Below are positions 61,119-64,000 of a DNA stretch of 64,000 nucleotides, one piece after another (the stretch's first letter is position 1; every line of letters starts with the position of its first letter). The notes under the pieces are model-generated. The model was not told the origin of the DNA. It ran no database searches and was given only the letters and a program-made list of their open reading frames with translations. Both the position numbers and the translations under genes were made by a program. This DNA is from Ramazzottius varieornatus (Eukaryota; Animalia; Tardigrada): assembly GCA_001949185.1 (NCBI GenBank), contig BDGG01000017.1, forward strand, positions 558,001 through 622,000, given 5' to 3'.

Positions 61119-63638
61119 TTAGAGGTTGTCGACGTTGAGCTGGGTGAACTTGAGAGGGAAGAAGAGGGGCCATCCGTCATCGTAACTGTACAGTTTGCGG
61201 TCGTGGGGGTTGTAGTCGACCATGACACTCTTCTGCCGTGGATTGGTGAAGAGCGCTTCTTTGGGCGGTTGATAGTAGCGATCTTCTAGCAGGTCGTAGG
61301 CTAAGACCAGGTGGGAATAGGGGAAGTGGACGGTGCTCAAGCCGTAGAAGATACCACAGGCCACGAAAGCATTGCCTACAACGAGCAGCATAAGCTTTTG
61401 TACAGTTTGGTGACTTACAGGCTCAGCAAACGAACCCAACCAGATGGTTTTTCCCAAGTGGCCTGCTTTTCCCAAGTGGCTTGCCGTCTTTTCGATAGTG
61501 GCTGCAAGCATGCGCCACTAGAATAAAACACTGGCGAGATTGTTTCTCTCAAGTGGCGCACGTTTGCAGTATTATCAGCCAGAAACGGGCGCCCCTGGGG
61601 AAAGCTCTCTGGGCCAATCTTTTTCCTGGGGTGTTCGGTGGTGTTGTACAGACTGACCCATATGGCGATGGCTAAAGGAGATGTTCCTGGTGAAGAGAAC
61701 GTCCAGGGTCAGAGGATGGAGGTGAGCCACCATGGCGTTGGTGCTATGGTCGGTGGTGTAGATGAGCCAGAGACCGTGCTCATCGGCCGCAAAGTCCATG
61801 TAGTCGTAGTTTTTGTTCAGGTTATAAATGTAGTGACCGTGACGATAGGCAGCACCTAGTCAAGATCGCGGTGTGTGTCCGGCGAAGAAGATGGGTAGGT
61901 CAAGGAGGGACTTACCTTCGACTATCTTCTTGGCAGTGATGCGTTCCGTAGCCAAGTCGAACTTGACAATCAAGGGCTATACAGAGAAGAATGCTGTTGG
62001 TTGGAGAAGGGCCTGGAGACGGGGATGGGTAGGGCCTTGACTTACTTGGGTGTCGACGTGGTAGTAGAAAGAGCCATTGTAGACTAGGTGGCCCACACCG
62101 CGGAATGTTTTGGGCAGCGAATACTTGAAGGTGGGTGTGAAGAGCTTAAAGTGGGCCAGGCTGGCGTACTCGAGCAATTGTCGTCCGGTGAACTGTTCGG
62201 TTAAGTAATACTTGGCTGCTTGCTCGGCTGTGGCTGGATGAGCATCGCGCATGACCGAACCCCAGGCTGTGGTCGAGGCTTGCTCGCCGGCCACCGGCGG
62301 ACTTCGTAACAGAACGGGCTTGCCGATGGCCTCGATCAAACAACCTATCCGAAACCCAGGAAAAAATCAAGTAGGCCCTCGGACAATAGCCATCAGTCTT
62401 TCCCTTTAATCTTACTGCGTTTGCGGAGCGGAAGTCCCAGCTTGGCGGTGGGGTAAGACGAGTATCCATCGCCATGAGCGAGGGTGTCAGCACTAAGAGG
62501 GCCTACAGGTGACGCTGCATGCGAATGCGCTACAGTCAGGCCATTTGGCGGCAACGGTGAGGGAGTAGGCAGGTCTTCGGCGTTGACCATTGGCCCAAGC
62601 ACTTCCTCGTAAGGCAGGGAGCGGCTGGTCGTCTCGGAGACGGAGTAGGCATTGTCCTGCTGGGAGGTCAGCGCTGTGGTACTTGAGCTGATGGGTTGGT
62701 CGACCATCGAGGCACCATCTGAACCAGCACTGGCACTTTGGCTAGTGGAAGTAGTAATTACGTCCTTGTCCTGCCAGATTCGGGGCGGCTCGGGTAGCTG
62801 CATATCCCTAACCGACAAGACATTGCATAAGACAGTACAGTTAGATCTGGGGGCCAAGCGAAAGTGGATTGTGTCAGGAGGACTTTACCCAGCGGATGGC
62901 GAAGAAGTGGTTGCATCGGTAGGTGGGTGAGTTGCCGACGAATGCTCTTGTGAAGGGTCTTGGGGGGGATGGTGCAGGGGTGTAGAGGCTGTGGACATGT
63001 CCTGCGGCCAAGGCTGGGCCAGGTAGGGGTTGTTGGTCGTTGAGAGTAGAAGGGAAGAGCCGGCCGAAGGAGTGGGCTGCTGCTTGATGGAGGAGCTGGA
63101 CCAGTAGGAGGAACTACGGAGCGGCAGCAAGTCTTCGTCGATACACTTGATGGCACAGACACCCGGCGGACCAGGCGGCCCTCGTTCCCCTTTGGCTCCG
63201 CGTGGACCGGGAGGACCGCGGCTGCCTTCGACGTAGACGGCCTGGCTTTTGTTTAATCCATTACTGCCACTTTCTGCAACAACATGAGTCCTACAATCAG
63301 TTAATGTTTCCTTTACCAAGTTTGCTTGTCGTTCCACTTTCAGCTTCTGTTCCAACAGCAAAATGCGGCAAATGTCAACTTGGACTTGGTCATGCAGTTA
63401 CGGTGGTGTTGTTCACCACCGACCGGTCTTGGGCATGCCAGCTGTGCTTTACTTGCGGCTGGTTGTGCTCTGATGATGATGGTGCATATATGGTGAAGCA
63501 GAGAGGGCAAGTCTTACCGGCAGCAGCATGATGAGGCACCGATCGACGGAGAGTGCTGGCACTTTGTGGACAAGTGCAATGCCCCGCAGGTCCAGCAGCT
63601 CCTTTCTCACCCTTCTCTCCGCGTAGCCGAATGTTCAC
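61119..63638 (-). CDS. Collagen-olfactomedin (gliomedin/colmedin-like) protein, 5' partial
   Basis: Gly-X-Y blocks (GEKGEKGAAGPAG; GPPGPRGAKGERGPPGPPG). OLF motifs CLIEAIGKP, GVGHLVYNGSFYYH, MDFAADEHGLWLIY, GNAFVACG, MVDYNPHDRKLYSYDDG. Confidence 0.9.
61420..61612. repeat. GTGGCGCAC palindromic element (two units) in a collagen-olfactomedin intron
   Basis: Duplicated TTTTCCCAAGTGGC and CAAGTGGCGCAC...GGGCGCCCCTGGGGAAA. Confidence 0.8.
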
Positions 63639-64000
63639 TGCAGAAGCACAATACAAGATATATTCCTGTCATAATTGACCTGTTTATTAACCTCTTAATT
63701 CACAGTTACTAGAGACAATGTGTATCATTTCCTGTCTTGCGCGCCTTGATGATAGTCATCAGAAGAACAAGATATTGTTGGTGGTCAGGCTTATACGGTA
63801 CCAAATCATGACATGGCCATCGAAGCATGATCGGGCTGTGCGCCGAGCTGTATGGTGGGCGGCTTATCAATGAGTGCATGGGCGGAAGAACGTTAACTAG
63901 CAATGTTCATTACAATTACCCATCCATGTCTTCCAGCAAAATTTGGCTACCATCTATGGCTAAGAAGAAACGACCATGAAAGTGAAGGCTTCCTGTGCCC

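Noticed and set aside
107-61612. Palindromic family as Introner (intron-creating) elements
   Set aside because: The elements do not supply the splice sites. The homologous P(K/E)|EI intron is 78 nt and empty in cyclase 1 (31131-31208) but element-bearing in cyclase 2 (39698-39973), and the TLQ|DV intron shows the reverse. The introns therefore pre-date the insertions.

Overview
Eukaryotic (animal) genomic DNA from a gene-dense genome with short GT-AG introns, mostly ~55-110 nt. It is not prokaryotic and has no CRISPR, rRNA or tRNA that I can see. A compact invertebrate is likely; a tardigrade-like origin is only a guess from the short introns and tandem receptor guanylyl cyclases. Genes assembled by hand from splice phases: a multi-Ly6/three-finger-like Cys-rich surface protein (partial), a CCDC178-like coiled-coil gene, a hemopexin-only secreted protein, a C2H2 ORF, a conserved Cys-rich membrane-anchored protein, a BTB-BACK gene, a MARVEL gene, two tandem receptor guanylyl cyclases, TPR/Megator, a CYP3-clan P450, an unrecognised protein with a winged-helix-like segment and a tandem 112-aa domain, INTS2, and a collagen-olfactomedin gene (partial). 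A decayed hAT transposon and several MITEs are also present. The main unexplained signal is a family of about 21 modular palindromic elements (core TTTTCCCAAGTGGCGCAC-N25-GTGCGCCACTTGGGAAAA). Twenty sit one per intron across 10 unrelated genes, the 25-nt spacer length is nearly invariant despite sequence divergence, and removing the element usually leaves a normal-sized short intron. Four non-core genes also carry point lesions, while the housekeeping genes are intact. Repeat boundaries are approximate.
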